This document shows positions 40,181-53,534 of a DNA stretch of 64,000 nucleotides, piece after piece (the stretch's first letter is position 1; each line of letters starts with the position of its first letter). The position numbers were made by a program, and so were the translations under genes. The stretch covers positions 3,162,001 to 3,226,000 of the forward strand of contig CM075989.1 of assembly GCA_038087875.1 (NCBI GenBank), in the 5' to 3' direction. This DNA is from Malacoraja senta. Lineage: Eukaryota. The notes under the pieces were generated by a model. The model ran no database searches. It was not told the origin of the DNA and saw only the letters and a program-made list of their open reading frames with translations.

Positions 40181-40392
40181 GTTAGTTTAGTTTAGTTTAG
40201 TTCAGAGATACAGCACGGAAAATGGCCATTCGGCCCACCGTGTTTGCGCCGACCAGCGATCCCCGCACTCTAACACACACTAGTGACAATTAACAATTTT
40301 ACCAAGCCAATTATCCTACAAACCTATACGTCTTTAGAGTGTGGGAGGAAACCGAGGCACCCGGAGAAAACCCGCGCAGGTCAGGGGGTGAA
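40181..40392 (-). mobile_element. HE1-type SINE, head missing
   Basis: Family consensus match. Confidence 0.85.
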
Positions 40393-40404
40393 CTGTCCTT
40401 AATG

Positions 40405-41072
40405 TGAATTGTAAATTGTCCCTAATGTGTGTAGGATAGTATTAAGGGGCTGTCCCACTGCGGCGAGCTAATCCACGAGTTCTGGCGAGTTTGCCCTCGA
40501 CTCATACTCGCAGCATGGTCGACACGAGGTCCTAGGAGGTTTGTAACTCTCCTTCATGCTCGAGAGTAGTCCCCGCGTACTCGAGGCCTTAGCTAGGGTG
40601 CGGCGTATTTTTCAACGTTGAAAAATGCCCGCGAGGGAAAAAAGGTCGCCATGGAAAAAATCGATACGTTTTTTTACTCGTAGGTTTAGTCGAAGTAGGT
40701 CGTAGTAGGTCGGCATGTTAGTCGTAGGTAATCGAGGGTAGTCAAAGGTAGTCGAAGATAGTCTTCATCATAGTCTAAGGGGGGTCGAAGGAGATCGAAG
40801 GAGGTCGTCTTCACTCTCCACAAGTCGGTGTCCACTTTTCCCGAAGCTAGTCGAAGCTAGTTGTAGCTAGTCGAAGCTAGTCTTCAACATAGTCGAAGGA
40901 GGTCTTCAACATGACATTTTTCAAACTCTTCTAAACTCTTCTATACTCGCCAATTAGGTCACCGCAGTGGGACAGCCCCTTTAGTGTGCTGGGATCGCTG
41001 GTCGGCACGAACTCAGTGGGTCGAAGGGCCTGTTTCCATGCTGTATCTCTAAACTAAACTAACCTAAACTAA
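40405..41072 (+). mobile_element. HE1-type SINE tail half interrupted by a MITE
   Basis: GGATAGTATTA|MITE|TTAGTGTGCTGGGATCGC. Confidence 0.85.
40445..40980. mobile_element. PIF/Harbinger-like MITE
   Basis: TIR AGGGGCTGTCCCACTGCGG; perfect TTA TSD (40442-40444, 40981-40983) in a reconstructable SINE host. Confidence 0.88.
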
Positions 41073-42016
41073 CCGTCACACAAAGGGTGGTGGGTGTATG
41101 GAATGAGCTGCCAGAGGAGATAGTTGAGGCTGGGACCATCACAACATTTGAGAAACAGCTGTACGTCTAAACTAAACTAAACCACTGTCTACTTTGATTA
41201 CACAGAAGTTGAATTTCACGTCTTTTTGTTCACGTGGCCATTTCTCATTTACCCCAGAACAGAGAACACAGTTGAGAATTAATCATAACATCACATTCCA
41301 CTTTTCTCTTTCTTCCTCTTGATACCTCCTTTGCTCTTTGGAAAGATTGTTAAAATGTTACATTTAAATTTACCGTGGTTTAAAACATGGTTAAAGTCGG
41401 AGCTGTAAAAATGCATCAATTTGCACATTTAACAGCCATATCCAAGAGCGAGTCATCAAATCCTCCGAACCTCAGCCTAATTCTTACTCTTCCAATCATT
41501 CTTTGAACCAAATTACCTTCCTTCCACTAACTCCAGACTGCGTACGTTTCTGCAGACTCTATTCCAAGAATATCACATCTCATTCATTTGCCGAATGTGT
41601 TATCTTCTCACAAAGTTTCCTCGTATTTACAGAGCACAATCTTCCCTTCTGAAATCCACACGGTCTGTCTCTCATTATGCTTTGCTATATTGGATATTTA
41701 GTAAATACAACTTTAATTAAAGATTCACAAATTTTTCCAACCGCAGCTGTTAAACTAACTGGCGTGTAATTACAGCTTGGGATGCTTTCATTTCTCTTGT
41801 TGAAATTTGATTTCACATTAATCACCCTGCAATCTACTGTAACACGCTTATTCTCAATGAAACCCTGTCGAATTTCAATTCGAACCCTGTTATTCCATCC
41901 CATCTTTCTCTGGGATCCCTGCATGTTTCTGATCACCACATTCTGACTCCTGCTTTCTGCTGTACATTGATGATAGCTTCATTGGAGCTCGAAAATAGCC
42001 GAGGTTTTTCCCAGTG

Positions 42017-45000
42017 CATAGAAACATAGAAACATAGAAAATAGGTGCAGGACGAGGCCATTTGGACCTTCGAGCCAGCACCGCCATTCAATATGATAAT
42101 GGCTGATCATCCACAATCAGTACCCCGTGCCTGCCTTCTCCCCATACACCTTTCGAATCTGCTAGCCCCTAGAGCTCTATCTAACTTTCTTTTAAATTCA
42201 TCCATTGAATTGGCCTCCACTGCCTTCTGTGGCAGAGAATTCCACAAATTCACAACTCTCTGGGTGAAAAAGTTTTTTCTCATCTCCATTTTAAATGGTC
42301 TCCCCTTTATTCTTAGACTGTAGCCCCTGGTTCTGGACTCGCCCAACATTGGGAACATTTTTCCTGCATCTAGCTTGTCCAGACCTTTTATAATATTATA
42401 CGTTTCCATAAGATGCCCTCTCATCCTTCTAAATTCCAGTGAATGCAAGCCCAATCTTCCCAATATTTCCTCATATGATAGTCCCCCCATCCCGGGGATT
42501 AACCTGATGAACTGCCTCAACAGCAAGGATGTCCTTCCTCAAATTAGGAGACCAAAACTGCATACAATACTCCAGATGTGGTCTCACCAGGGCCCTGTAC
42601 AACTGCAGAAGGACCTCCTTACTCCTACAGGCAATGATGGTCCAATTCTACACGGCCATCATAGAGTCTGTTCTCACCTTCTCCATCAAGGTCTGGTTTG
42701 GCTCAGCCACCAAGCACGACACCTGGAGGCTGCAGTGAATCGTCCGATCAGCAGAGAAGGTTATTGGCTGCAACCTTCCCTCCATTGATGAACTGTACAC
42801 TTCAAGGGCCAGGAAGCGAGTGGGCAAGATCATTTCTGACCCTTCTCACCCTGGCCACAAACTCTTTGAATCACTTCCCTCTGGAAAGCGACTCCGGATT
42901 GTCAAAGCTGCCACAGCCAGACATGAAAACAGTTTTTATCCACGAGTAGTTGCTCTACTCAACAGCCAAAAATCTGTAGCCTCCCTTTGATCTGGTATTT
43001 TGTTGGTTCACATGCTTGATCAATGGTGTTTTATCATTAATGTTTTATTATTATTAATGTTTAGTGTTTTCTGAGGCATTCGTAACTGTCACTGTATGTC
43101 ATGTTGTTACGTGGGCGGAGCACCAAGGCAAATTCCTTGTATGTGAATACTTGGCCAATAAACTAACTTACTTACTTACTTACACTCAATTTCTCTCATT
43201 ATGAAGGCCAACATGCCATTAGCTTTCTTCACTGCCTGCTGTACCTGCATGTTTACTTTCAGTGACTGGTGTACAAGGACACCCAGGTCTCGTTGCACTT
43301 CCCTTTTTCCTAATCTGACACCATTGAGATAATAATCTGCCTCCTTGTTCTTGCTGCCAAAGTGGATAACATCACATTTATCTACATTATACTGCATCTG
43401 CCATGCATCTGCCCATTCACTCAACCTGTCCAAGTCACCCTGCAATCTCCTCGCATCCTCTTTGCAGTTCACAAGGCCACCCAGTTTTGTGTCATCTGCA
43501 AATTTACTAGTGTTACTTTTAATTCCATCATCTAAATCATTAATATTTATTGAAAATCGTTGTGGCCCCAGCACCGAGCCTTGTGGCACTCCATTCTCCA
43601 CTGCCTGCCATTCTGACAGGGACCCGTTTATTCCTTCTCTTTGTTTCCTGTCTGCCAACCAATTCTCTATCCATGTCAATACCCTAAGCCCAATACATGT
43701 GCTCTAATTTTTCCCACTAATCTCCTGTGTGGGACCTTATCAAAGGCTTTCTGAAAGTCCAGATACACTACATCCACTGGCTCTCCTTCATCCATTTTAC
43801 TTGTCACATCCTCAAAAAATTCCAGAAGATTAGTCAAGCAGGATTTCCCCTTCGTAAATCCATGCTGACTTGGACCAATCCTGTCACTGCTACCCAAATG
43901 CACCGTTATTACTTCTTTAATAGTTGACTCCAGCATCTTCCCCACCACCGATGTCAGGCCAATTCCCCATTTTCTCTCTCACTCCTTTCTTGAAAAGTGG
44001 GATAACATTAGCTACCCTCCAATCCACAGGAACTAATCCTGAATCTATAGAAAATGATCACCAATGCGTCCACGATTTCTAGAGCCACCTCCTTGGATGC
44101 AGACCATCAGGCCCTGGGGATTTATCAGCCTTCAGTCCCATCAGTCTACCCAATACTATTTCTCGCCTAATGCAAATTTATTTCAATTCCACTGTCTCCC
44201 TAGATCCTCTGTCCTCTAGTATATCTGGGAGATTGTATGTGTCTTCCTTAGTGAAGACTGAACCAAAGTACCTGTTCAACTCTTCTGCCATTTCCTTGTT
44301 CCCCAGAATAATGTCACTTGTTTTTGCCTTCAAGGGACCCACATTTGTCTTTACTAATCTTTTTCTCTTAACATACCTAAAGAACCTATTACTATCCTTC
44401 TTTATATTCTTGGCCGGCTTTCCCTCGTACTTTCTCTTTTCACCCCGTATTGGCCTTTTTGTTACCTTCTGATGTCCTTTGAAAATTTCCCAATCCTCTG
44501 GCTTCCGGCTACTCTTTGCTATGTTGTACAACTTTTCTTTTAGTTTTATTCCATCCCTAACTTCCCTTGTCAGCCACAGTTGCCTCTTACTCCCTTTCGA
44601 ATCTTTCTTCCTCTTTGGAATAAAATGATCCTGCATCTTTGGGATTAAGCCCAGAAATTCCTGCCATTGCTGTTCCACTGTCATTCCTGCTAATATCCTT
44701 TTCCAGTCGACATTGGCCAGCTCCTTTCTCATGCCTTCATAGTCCCCTTTATTCAACTTCAACACTGACATTACTGATTTAACCTTCTCCCTCTCAAATT
44801 GCAGATTAAAACTTATCATATTATGATCACTATCTCCAAGCGGTTCCTTTACCTTGAGTTCCCATATAAAATCTGGTTCATTGGACAACACTAAATCCAG
44901 AATTGCCTTCTCTCTGGTACGCTCTGCTCCAAGAATCCATCTTGTAGGCACTATGCAAACTCCCTTTCTTGGGGTTCAGAACCAACCTGATTTTCCCAGT

Positions 45001-45535
45001 CTACCTGCATATTGAAATCTCCCATAACCACAGTGGCATTACTTTTGTTACATGCCAGTTTTAACTCCTGCTGCAACTTGCACCCTATATCCAGGCTACA
45101 GTTTGGGGGCCTGTAGATAACTCCCATTAGTGTCTTCTTAACTTTACAATTCCTCAATTCTATCCACAGCGACTCTACATCCTGAGGTCATCCAGTTGCC
45201 TCTCCAGTGCCCCAACACGGTCCTTTAGGAACTGAACCTGGACGCACCTTCCACAGTTGTAGCAGCCAGAGACACCATCAGTGTCGCTGACCTCCCACAT
45301 CCTGCAAGCATCACACTGAAGCAGCTTACCTGTCATTTCTTCACTGCATCCCACCCTCTCCAACTTGTGGCGTAGTCTCCTCACCTCAGACTCCTCGCCG
45401 AAGACTCGCGAGCCAAACACTCTCGAGCCAAAGACTCGCACTTTTCGCACAAGGCACTTCCCTCGACATGGCTGCTCCCAGACAGGCCGCACCCCTTCTC
45501 AGCCAATCCCCGCACTCCTTCACCTGCCGCTCCTC
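42017..45535 (-). mobile_element. Near full-span, internally deleted CR1 LINE (5' UTR, ORF1 zinc-finger remnant, APE, RT, 3' tail)
   Basis: ORF1 CDACRMWEV..CGRCVQ; APE GVIYRPPN, VMGDFN, SDHNMISF; RT YLDFQKAFD, KFADDTKL; many frameshifts. Confidence 0.93.
42630..43183 (+). mobile_element. Rex1/Babar LINE 3' fragment inserted in CR1
   Basis: FYTAIIESVLTFSIKVWFGSA..LPSIDELY..DPSHPGHKLF; (CTTA)n tail. Confidence 0.9.
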
Positions 45536-45579
45536 TGCCGACTTTGAAGGTATCTTTAGTTTATTGTCACGTGTACCAA

Positions 45580-46589
45580 AAAACATAGAAACATAGAAAA
45601 TAGGCGCAGGAGTAGGCCATTCGGCCCTTCGAGCCAGCACCGCCATTCAACCAGAAATGGCTTAAACTGTCACCCCAGGTTCTGGACTCCCCCAACATCG
45701 GGAACATTTTTCCGGCATCTAGCCTGTCCAATCCTTTAAGAATTTTAAATGTTTCTATAAGATCCCCTCTCATGCTTCTGAATTCCAGTGAATACGAGCC
45801 CAGTCGACCCATTCTTGCATCATATGCCAGTCCCGCCATCCTGGGAATTAACCTGCTGAACCTACGCTGTACTCCCTCAATACCAATAATGTCCTTCCTC
45901 AAATTAGGAGACCAAAATTGCACACAATACTCCAGGTGCGTTCTCACCAGGGCCCTGTACAACAGCAGTAGGACCACCTTGCTCCTAAACTTGAATCCTC
46001 TTGCAATGAAGGCCAACATGCCATTAACTTTCTTCACTGCCTGCTGTACCTGCACGCTTACTTTCAGTGACTGATGTACAAGCACACCCTGATCTCGTTG
46101 CACCTCCCCTTTTCCTAATCTAACGCCTTTCAGATAATATTCTGCCTACCTGTTCTTGCACCAAGTGGATAACCTCACATTTATCCACATTATACTGCAT
46201 TTACCATGCATCTGCCCACTCACCCAACCTGTCCAAGTCACCCTGCAGCCTCATAGCATCCTCATCGCAGCTCACACTGCCACCCAGCTTTGCGTCATCC
46301 GCAAACTTGAGATGTCACATTTAATTCCCTCGTCTAAATCGTTAATATATATTGTAAATAAATGGGGTCCCAGCACCAAGCCTTGCTAGTCACTGCCTGC
46401 CATTCTGAAAAGGACCCATTAATTCCTACTCTTTGCTTCCTGACTGCCAACCAATTCTCTATCCATGTCAATACCCTACCCCCAATACCATGTGCTCTCA
46501 TTTTGCACACTAATCTCTTGTGTGGGGCCTTGTCAAAGGCTTTCTGATAGTCCAGATACACCACATCCACTGGCTCTCCCTTATCCATT
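45580..46589 (-). mobile_element. CR1 RT/3' fragment inserted in a Rex-type tail
   Basis: YLDYQKAFD, HLEYCVQFWSP; host reads GTGTACC|...|GAGGTACAG and continues to ~46770. Confidence 0.92.
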
Positions 46590-46955
46590 CGAGGTACAGT
46601 GAAAAGCTTTTGTTGTGTGCTATCCAGTCAGTAGGAAGACCATACATGATTACAATCGAGCCATTTATGGCACATAGATATGTGATAAGGGAATAACGTT
46701 TAGTGCAAGGTAAAGCCAGCAAAGTCCAATTAAGGATAGTTCTAGGTCACCAATGAGGTAGATAGTAGTAAAGGCAGACAGAATTACAACATTTAAAATA
46801 CACTTACGCAGGTACATGGATAAGAATGGTCTGCAGCGATATGCGTAAGGCCCGGGCAAATGAGACTACCTCAGTTCGGCAACTTGGCCTGCATGGGCAA
46901 GTTGGGCTGAAGGGCCTGATTCCATGCCGTACCTGATTTATGACTATCATTCCTG

Positions 46956-47192
46956 TTTAGCTTAGTTTAGAGATACAGCACAGAAACAGGCCCTTCGGCC
47001 CACCAAGTACGTGCCGACCAGCGATCCTTGCACCCTTACACAATCCTACACACACTAAGGACAATCTAACCAAGCCAAATAGCCTACAAACCTGGAGTGT
47101 GGTAGGAAACCGGGGACAAGCATCCAAAGTCAGGATCGAACCTGGGTCTCTGGCGCTGTAAGGCAGCAACTTACCACTGTGCCACCCTGCCA
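46956..47192 (-). mobile_element. HE1-type SINE (internal deletion)
   Basis: Family consensus match. Confidence 0.85.
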
Positions 47193-47269
47193 ACCCGTCT
47201 TAGATTAACTCACTTTTCTAATACTTTCCATTAATTTGTTAGACAATGGAGGAGGTCCAAGACAGAAAG

Positions 47270-47680
47270 TCAGTATGGGGATGGGAAAGGAAGCATTTGG
47301 CATCCAGGAGATCCCGTACGCCAAGGCGGACTGAGCGGAGGTGTTCAGTGAAATGATCACCCAGTCTTGTCTCCTCGGTACCCCGCAGCTCCGCTCTTGC
47401 TCCTCCCCCCCCCCCCCCCCAGTCGCAACAGGAACTACTAGTTCCACTGTTCAGACCCTTGTATCCCTGTCAAAGAACATCTTCCCCGGCCGACAGTGGG
47501 CCCTTTCTGAGGTAGTTGACCCTATTTTATTCTGACCCTCTCTATCTTTCAGTCTGAAGAAGGGTTCCGACCCGAAACGTTACCTGTTCCTTTTCTCCAG
47601 TGATGCTACCTGACCCGCTGAGTTGCTCCAGCATTTTGTGTCTATCTTCGGTGTAAACCAGCATCTGCAGTTCCTTCTGA
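47270..47680. mobile_element. Penelope-like remnant: GIY-YIG fragment (minus) plus terminal module (plus)
   Basis: Minus strand RLGDHFTEHLRSVRLG (~47320-47367); hammerhead-like core from 47554. Confidence 0.7.
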
Positions 47681-48375
47681 CACATTTGGACAGGTACACG
47701 GATAGGAAAGGTTCAGAGGGATATGGGCCAGGCATGGACATGCATGGGGCATCCTGGTCAGCATGGACGTGTTGGGCCGAAGGGACAATATCCCACTGAA
47801 AGATTCTCTCAGTTTACTCAACATTCATAAGATGGAAGGTTGTCTTTGAGCCACACCGGCTGGGAGCCAGCTGAGATACGGAACAATGGTTCCACTCTAA
47901 GACCTCCAATAGCAAGCAGGGCCTCAAGGTTAGTGGAAGCCATGGCCTTTACATTGGTAATGGGAGATAACCAGAGAGCGAGGTGAAGAGAAAGAGTGAC
48001 CTAAATGATGCGGAGTAGTGATCAGACCCACATGGGGAATGAAGTGTAGATGCAATCAACTCCACACTCCTCCACAGTTGATTCCCTTTAATCCAGTAAC
48101 TAGGATTCTACTCAAGTTGGTGAAATGTAAAAAGGAGGTGATATTGCAGCAGCTGCAATGTGATGAAGGTGGATGAAGTAGGGTGGCCCAGACTGGACTA
48201 TTGATGTGGTGACCTCATCGGCGGAGAGCAGGCAGGATGGGAGGGAGATGGGTCTTGGACAAAACACTAAGTTCCAGAGGAACTCAGTGGGTCGAGCAGC
48301 ATCTGTGAGGGGAATGGGCAGGTAACCTTTCAAGTCAGGACCCTTCTTCAGACCCATGGGTCTTGGAAACAGGAT

Positions 48376-48669
48376 TGGGGCGGCACAGTGGCACTGCAGT
48401 TGCCACCTTACAGTGCTAGTGAACCGGGTTCGATCCTGACTACGGTTGCCGTCTGTACAGAGCTTGTACGTTCTTCCCGTGACTGCGTGGGTTTTCCCCG
48501 GGTGCTCCAGTTTCCTCCCACACTCCAAAGACAAACACATTTGTAGGTTCATTTGGCTTTGATAAAGATTGTGAATTGGCCCTTGTGTGTAGGATAGTGC
48601 TAGTGTAACGGAATCGCTGGTCGGCGCAGACTCGGTGGGCCAACGGGCCTGTTTCCGCGCTATATCTCT
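48376..48669 (+). mobile_element. HE1-type SINE whose tail is the L1 target
   Basis: Tail resumes at 51522. Confidence 0.9.
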
Positions 48670-49397
48670 TTTTTTTAAATAATATTTTTATTAGAGGCAG
48701 GTACATATCATATTGACAACATTTCATGTATATCATTCCTGCATTACTAATATTATCGATTGATATTAACTCTGCTTCTATTTTTTTTTATTTTTTTTTA
48801 TATATACGTAGAAAATAAAATAAAAGAAAGAAGGAAAAAAAAACATGATAAAGAATGGAATAAATTACTAAAAGTACAACATTAGAGATAGATTCATAAA
48901 TTTTAAAATATATCCTTTCATCTAATCCTTAATTCGAGTTTCAGGTAGGTTCTCGTGCCGAACCAGTCTGTCCCTTCAAATAGTCAATAAATGGAGACCA
49001 TGTTCTCATAAAAAGTTCTTGTTTGTCCATTAAGACAATCTGATTCTTTCCAAATGTGGGGTCTCTGACATTTCCATAATCTACATTTTAATTGTGGGGG
49101 TTATAGGACCTTTCCAAAATTTTAATATTAATTTTTTTCCAGTTATTATACTATAGGCGATGAAGTTTCTTTGAGTTGTTGTAAATGTTAGACTTTGTTC
49201 TAATATTCCTAGTATTATTCATTTTAAATCAGGATCCAATTGAGTGTTGACAACTATAGATATTATTCTAAAAATGTCCGTCCAAAATGTTTTGATTTTT
49301 ATACAATTTGCGAATGTGTGAGTTAGGTTAGCCTCTAAATGTTGACATTTATCACAGATAGGGGAGATATGTGGGAAGATTCTGTTTAGTTTTAGAT

Positions 49398-49709
49398 ACA
49401 TAGATACATAGAAAATAGGTGCAGGAGTAGGCCATTCGGCCCTTCGAGCCTGCACCGCCATTCAATATGATCATGGCTGATCATCCAACTCAGTATCCCG
49501 TACCTGCCTTCTCTCCATACCCCCTGATCCCTTTAGCAACAAGGGCCACATCTAACTCCCTCTTAAATATAGCCAATGAACTGGCCTCAACTACCCTCTG
49601 TGGCAGAGAGTTCCAGAGATTCACCACTCTCTGTGTGAAAAAGTTTTTCCTCAACTCGGTCTTAAAGGATTTCCCCCTTATCCTTAAGCTGTGACCCCTT
49701 GTCCTGGAG
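49398..49709 (-). mobile_element. Young CR1 3' fragment nested in L1
   Basis: Nearly identical to 37374-37690. Confidence 0.93.
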
Positions 49710-50454
49710 TAAAGTCCATGTAGTACTTTAAATTGTATTAAAGAGTGTCTGGCATTTAATGAACATTGATGTATATGTTGTAGACTTTCATCCCAAATAT
49801 CTTTCATTATTGTTTGGCTTAGTTCATTTTCCCATGTTTGCCTATATAAATCCGTCGGTGGTATCTCACTATCTAATAGGATGTTATATATATGAGATAT
49901 TAATTATTCTGTATAAGGGTGTTTATTCAAACAATCATCAAGGATTTCTGGATCTCTAGTTCTAAAGTTTTGAGTGTTTGATTTAACATAATCTCTAAGT
50001 TGTAAATATCTGAAAAAATCATTTGAGTGGAGTCCATAAGTCTGTTGTAGCTCCTGAAATGAAAGAAAGGTGCCTTTCTTATATTGTCCCATCTTTTTAA
50101 TTCCATAATTTTTCCATTGTATGAAACCTTTATCCAACCTAGAAGGTTTAAATGAAGGGTTGTTCACGATGGGAAGAAAGAGTGATAAATTATCCAATTT
50201 TAAGGTCTTTTTTAATTGTTTCCAAATTCGCATACCACTGTATATAATAGGATTTTCCCTGTAAGTTTTTTTATTCAATTTTGAGGTAGCAAACAGTATC
50301 GAACCAATTTCAAAGGGTAAACAATCTTCCTTTTCCATCTTTAACCAGTCTGGTTGCTGGTCCATTTCTTCCAGCCAAAAATTCATATTTTTAATATTAA
50401 CTGCCCAAAAATAAAACAAAAAATTCGGTAAAGCTAAACCTCCATTTATCTTTG

Positions 50455-50683
50455 TGTTAAAGAAAGAACTGCAGATGCTGGAAAATCGAAGGTACACAAA
50501 AATGCTGGAGAAACTCAGCGGGTGCAGCAGCATCTATGGAGCGAAGGAAATAGGCAACGTTTCGGGCCAAAACCCTTCTTCGGACTGATCGTCTGAAGAA
50601 GGGCTTCGGCCCGAAACGTTGCCTATTGATTCGCTCCATAGATGCTGCTGCACCCGCTGAGTTTCTCCAGCATTTTTGTGTAC
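50455..50683. mobile_element. Penelope-like fold-back module nested in L1, 16-bp TSD
   Basis: CCTCCATTTATCTTTG / CCTCTATTTATCTTTG flanks; core CTGAAGA-A-GGGC(TTCG)GCCC-GAAACGTT at 50593-50620. Confidence 0.88.
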
Positions 50684-51817
50684 CCTCTATTTATCTTTGA
50701 TTTGCACAAATGTTTTTTGCTTATCCTATGATTCTTATAATCCCAGATAAAATCAGTGATGATGGAATCCAACTTTTTAAAGACATTTTTTGGCAGATAT
50801 ATCGGGATTGATTGAAAGAGGTATAATAATTGCGGTACATTTTTATGGCATTTTACCAAACATTGAAATAGGAAGTGTTTTCCAATATTGAATATTCTTG
50901 TGTAGTTTATTCAGTAAAGGGGGGGAATTTAATTTAAATAATGAGGCATATGTCTTAGTGACATAAATTCCTAGATATTTAAATTTTTCATTAACTATGT
51001 GTAGATTGAGTTCCATTATTGGCATGATTTCACTTTTATTCCAATTAATTCTGTATCCGGAAAGCAAACCAAATTGAGTTATTAGATTTAATAAGTTTGG
51101 GATACTAATTTCTGGTTTTGTAATGTAAATTAATACATCGTCTGCGTATAAAGAAATTTTATTCGCTGTGTCTTTAGTATTATACCCGTATATTTCCGGA
51201 TGGGTCCTAACTCTTTCAGCAAGTGGCTCAATAGCGAGTGCAAATAATAACGGAGATAGCGGGCATCCTTGTCTACAACCTCTAGATAAATTAAATTTAG
51301 TTGATAACATTTGATTTGTTAATATTCTAGCTGTTTGGTTAGAATATAAAAGTTTTACCCATGTACAGAACTTCTCACCCAATTGAGATTTTTCCATCAC
51401 CGAAAATAAATAGGGCCATTCAACCTGATCCAATGCTTTCTCAGCATCTAGCGAGATTATTGCTAGGTCTACATTAATGATTCTCTTTGAGTATATTATA
51501 TTAAATAATCGTCTCAAGAATCGCTATATCTTTAAACAAAACAACAAAAAACTCCTTAGCAAACCCAGGAACCAGGCCTTGCGAGGATAAGATATGAGTT
51601 TGTCATTTAGGGGAAAAACAGAAGTCACAAATATAACTGAGAACCAATCACATCAAAAGTTTACATGGAACACCAGAGCACAAGAATAGGCCCCTGGGCC
51701 CACTATGTTGGTGCCCAACAAGATGCCAAGACCAACTTCTATCCGTCTGTACATGATCCATATCCCTCCATTCCCTGCATATCCACAGGCAGTGAGTTGG
51801 AGGTAGGGTTTAGTTTC

Positions 51818-52150
51818 AGGCAGCACGGTGGCGCAGTTGTAGAGTTGCTGCCTTGCAGTGACAGGGACCCGGGTTTGACTCTGACTCCTGCTGCTGTCTG
51901 TATAGAATGTGTACATTCTCTCTGTGACCTGCGTGGGTTTTCTCTGGGTGCTCCGGTTTCCTCCCACATTCCAAAGACATGCAGGTTTGTTGGTTAATTG
52001 GCCCTCTGTAAATTACCTTTGTGTGTCAGTAGTGGATGTGAAAGTGGGATAACATAGAACTAGTGCGAACGGGTGATGGATGATTGGCGTGGACTCGGTG
52101 GGCTGAAGGGCCTGTTTCCCTGCTGTATTTCTAAACTAATTTAAATTGAA
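51818..52150 (+). mobile_element. HE1-type SINE
   Basis: Family consensus match. Confidence 0.88.
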
Positions 52151-52159
52151 TTGAATGGA

Positions 52160-52640
52160 ATACTTTATTGTCACATGTGTCAAGTCACGGTGAAATTCTT
52201 TGCTTGCATTCCCAAGGTATACAAATAGTCGCCATAGAGGCCACTTACAAAGTTACAAAGTACCCTTACATGCCAGGTCCCAATTTGTTCTCCCCCTGCT
52301 CCCCCTCCCTCATGGTGGCCCCCCACTCTGGGTCCTCCTCTGTTCCTTCCCCCGGCAGCGGCGTCCGCACTTCACGTGACAGTCCTCAGCCTCGTCCTCG
52401 TCCGTCCGGTCGTCGCCATCATCGAACGCCGCACCGACCCCTCCACTATCGCCGCCGGGTCATCTACGGACGCCTCCAAGGGGCTGACCCAGGTCCCAAG
52501 CCGCAGGCTCCATCGACACGCGGGGCTCCAGCTCCGACCTGCGAGGCTCCGGCCTCAGCTTCTCAGCGTCAAAAAACGAAACAGTGGGCAAAAAGCACAA
52601 TCCAAATCGCATGCCAGGCGACCACAACAGACACACGGTA
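52160..52640 (-). mobile_element. Unclassified non-coding retroelement, GC-rich body with Rex-like tail
   Basis: Homologous to 18165-18470 and 5590-5680. Confidence 0.6.
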
Positions 52641-53534
52641 GGAAGTGTCCGATTTATGTGCAGATCAGGCAGAGGGGTAAGAAGGTGTAGAAACAATTCA
52701 GGTAGAGGCCCTTTGTCAGGCTGATCAAAAATTTTCATCAGAATCCTATTCAATCTGCCCTGCAGTCTCGTCCATTGAAGAGCTGGATGTGACTGAACTA
52801 TTAAATTGGTCACCGGCATAATATAATGTCCCTGAGCAGATGTGATGGGGGCACGTGACTGCCAGCTGAAGTGTCCGCAGAATTTCGATCGCTCTCTCCC
52901 ACGTGTCCTCCCCTTTGTCGGCTGATCCACAGCAGTGTCCTGAGACTGGGCACCGTCTTATGGTCCTCATTTGTCTCAGGACACTGCCATGGGGGGCCAC
53001 GCTCCTTATCGGCCACTGCAGACTGCCACACAACATCATATTTTCAGTTTTATTTGACAAACGGATTACTGAGAGGGGGGTTTTAAATGAAATCCTCAGA
53101 TAGCAGGTGAAACACAAATGACATTCTCTCCGAGATTGACGAGGCTTAACAGGTTGCACATCTTATCGCTGGGTTGATGAAACCATTTGGAAACCCAAAG
53201 CATCGTGTTATTCTGATTAGTGGCCCTTTGGATTGTACCTGATGTGGGAAACAAAAGTGGCTGCGTTTTAAACCATTTCGCAGCTTCAGCGTCAGATCAC
53301 CAAAACTCTCGAGAAACTGGCTGTTCAAACGAAAAAAAATACCCCAAAAGGCTTTTACAGCAGGAATTATAACCAGGGCAAAGACAGGATGGTCGAAGGT
53401 ACACAAAAATGCTGGAGAAACTCAGCGGGTGCAGCAGCATCTATGGAGCGAAGGAATTAGGCAACGTTTCGGGCCGAAGACAGGATGTCGCTGGGTGATA
53501 AGGGTCGAAGGAGGCTTTGCCTGAGTTGGATCAA

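Larger units (their letters stand above)
48670..51521 (-). mobile_element. 5'-truncated L1 LINE (ORF2 RT and C-terminus, disabled)
   Basis: SLDAEKA, GCRQGCPLSPLLFAL, ISLYADDVL, FKYLG, CDKC..H..C; poly-A end; TSD CGCTATATCT(C/T)T at 48658-48669 and 51522-51533. Confidence 0.95.

Noticed and set aside
52700..53390. Overlapping ORFs in a unique stretch as a possible host exon
   Set aside because: No frame resembles a protein I recognise
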